A DNA stretch of 64,000 nucleotides from Alphaproteobacteria bacterium (GTDB lineage Bacteria; Pseudomonadota; Alphaproteobacteria; Bin95), in NCBI GenBank assembly GCA_963665325.3, contig CAXXWS020000002.1, positions 832,001 to 896,000 on the forward strand, given 5' to 3'. The notes beneath the pieces were generated by a model that was not told where the DNA came from, made no database searches, and worked only from the letters and a program-made list of their open reading frames with translations. Both the position numbers and the translations under genes were made by a program. This document shows, one piece after another, positions 62,908-64,000 of this stretch; the first letter of the stretch is position 1; every line of letters starts with the position of its first letter.

Positions 62908-64000
62908 TCGGGCCGCAGCAGCAAACGGTGGACCGGCGGCTTTGCCGGTTCCAGCGTGATATAGGCACCGTCCCGCCACAGTTCCATAAGGTCGTCGTAA
63001 TGCGGCGAGAACGGGTTGCCCGACTGGCCGACCGCCTGGATGAAACGGGACTTGTCCAGATCGTCGAGGTTATAGATGGCCCGGTAGCCGGCGCCGTGGC
63101 TGTGGCGGAAGGGATGACGCTCGTCGCTGAAGCGTGCGCTGCCCCGGTTCACCGTGGTCGGCCCGCCGCCGGTCGCGATTTCGCGGTCGAGGAGGTCTCG
63201 CAGCAGAGGGATGCGCCCAGCCACCGGGTGGGCGAAACGCGCGCGGTGCACCTCGCCCCAGGGCGGCGTCTCGGCGCCGTAGCGTTCCTGGAGGAAGGCG
63301 ACCGCGCGGCGGTGCGCCATCGCGAGGCGGTCCTTGCATGTCTCCTTCGCCTTCGTGGCCGTGTCGTCGCACCAGGCGGGGCGGTCGAGCAGCGCCCGGC
63401 GGAGCACCAGCGGCCGATATGCCCACCACGCTTCGAACAACGGTCCCAGTTCATCGGCGAACACCGCGCGCATGGCCTCGCGGACCCAAGCCATATAGAT
63501 CAGCGGCTCCGGCCGATTCCGGGCCATGTCGCCGTCCCATGCCTGAAGGCGCGCATCCGGCACTGCGGAAAGCAGGTAGGGCAGCAATTCGCGCGCCGAC
63601 AGCGACACGGTGTCGTTCTGGATCGCTGCATGGGCCGCGCCGGCATCGAGCAGGGTTTCGATGCGGAGCGCGCGGTATGGCGCTTCCCATTCGCGGCCGA
63701 GATAATACGGATAGGTCTCGTCCACCAGGCGGTTGTTGGCGTTGACGATGCGCCCGGAAGGGGGATTGGCGCGGCGGGGCAGCCAGTCGAAGGGGATGAG
63801 GTGCGACCACCCGGTCTCGGCGGACACGTCAAAGCCGTCGCGCCGGTTCGGCACCCGCCCGGGCGTGACGATGCCGATGCGGCCGGTCCGGTCGGCATAG
63901 ACGATGTTCTGCTGCGGAGAGTGGAAGTCACGCAGCGCGGCAACGAAACCCGGCCAGTCCCGCGCCTCGTTCAATCGCCCAAGCGCCTCGGCCGTGCGGT
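62904..64000 (-). CDS. penicillin acylase (Ntn-hydrolase S45) family protein, 3' part only
   Basis: PQQNIVYAD, NANNR, GAGYRAIY, GQSGNPFSPHYDD. Confidence 0.88.
   Translation of the reverse strand, partial: RTAEALGRLNEARDWPGFVAALRDFHSPQQNIVYADRTGRIGIVTPGRVPNRRDGFDVSAETGWSHLIPFDWLPRRANPPSGRIVNANNRLVDETYPYYLGREWEAPYRALRIETLLDAGAAHAAIQNDTVSLSARELLPYLLSAVPDARLQAWDGDMARNRPEPLIYMAWVREAMRAVFADELGPLFEAWWAYRPLVLRRALLDRPAWCDDTATKAKETCKDRLAMAHRRAVAFLQERYGAETPPWGEVHRARFAHPVAGRIPLLRDLLDREIATGGGPTTVNRGSARFSDERHPFRHSHGAGYRAIYNLDDLDKSRFIQAVGQSGNPFSPHYDDLMELWRDGAYITLEPAKPPVHRLLLRPE

Overview
GC-rich alphaproteobacterial chromosomal window (Rhodospirillales-like gene order). It is mostly core and metabolic genes: tsaE-amgK-murU-addB-addA-trxA, an EF-G paralog, gpmA, glyQ-glyS-ppdK, sdhCDAB, two hydantoinase/5-oxoprolinase systems on either side of tRNA-Pro(CGG), a pimCD-like acyl-CoA dehydrogenase pair, csaA, an AsmA-like gene and a truncated penicillin-acylase-family gene. 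The features the gene list does not explain are: (1) a ~130-bp purine-rich array of 13 degenerate 10-bp units (consensus AAATGGGCAG) directly upstream of a 504-aa class II Fic gene, which also forms a chain of tiny overlapping ORFs, the last ending 1 nt before the fic start; (2) a perfect alphaproteobacterial LexA-type box (GAAC-N7-GAAC) overlapping a TATAAT upstream of an IS630-like HTH gene cut by the left edge; (3) a Uma2 endonuclease pseudogene with an apparent microhomology deletion; (4) a frameshifted rhodanese, a decayed N-terminal copy of the neighbouring FGE-sulfatase-domain gene, and an orphan HTH antitoxin-like gene. All family calls come from motif recognition by eye, not from database searches.
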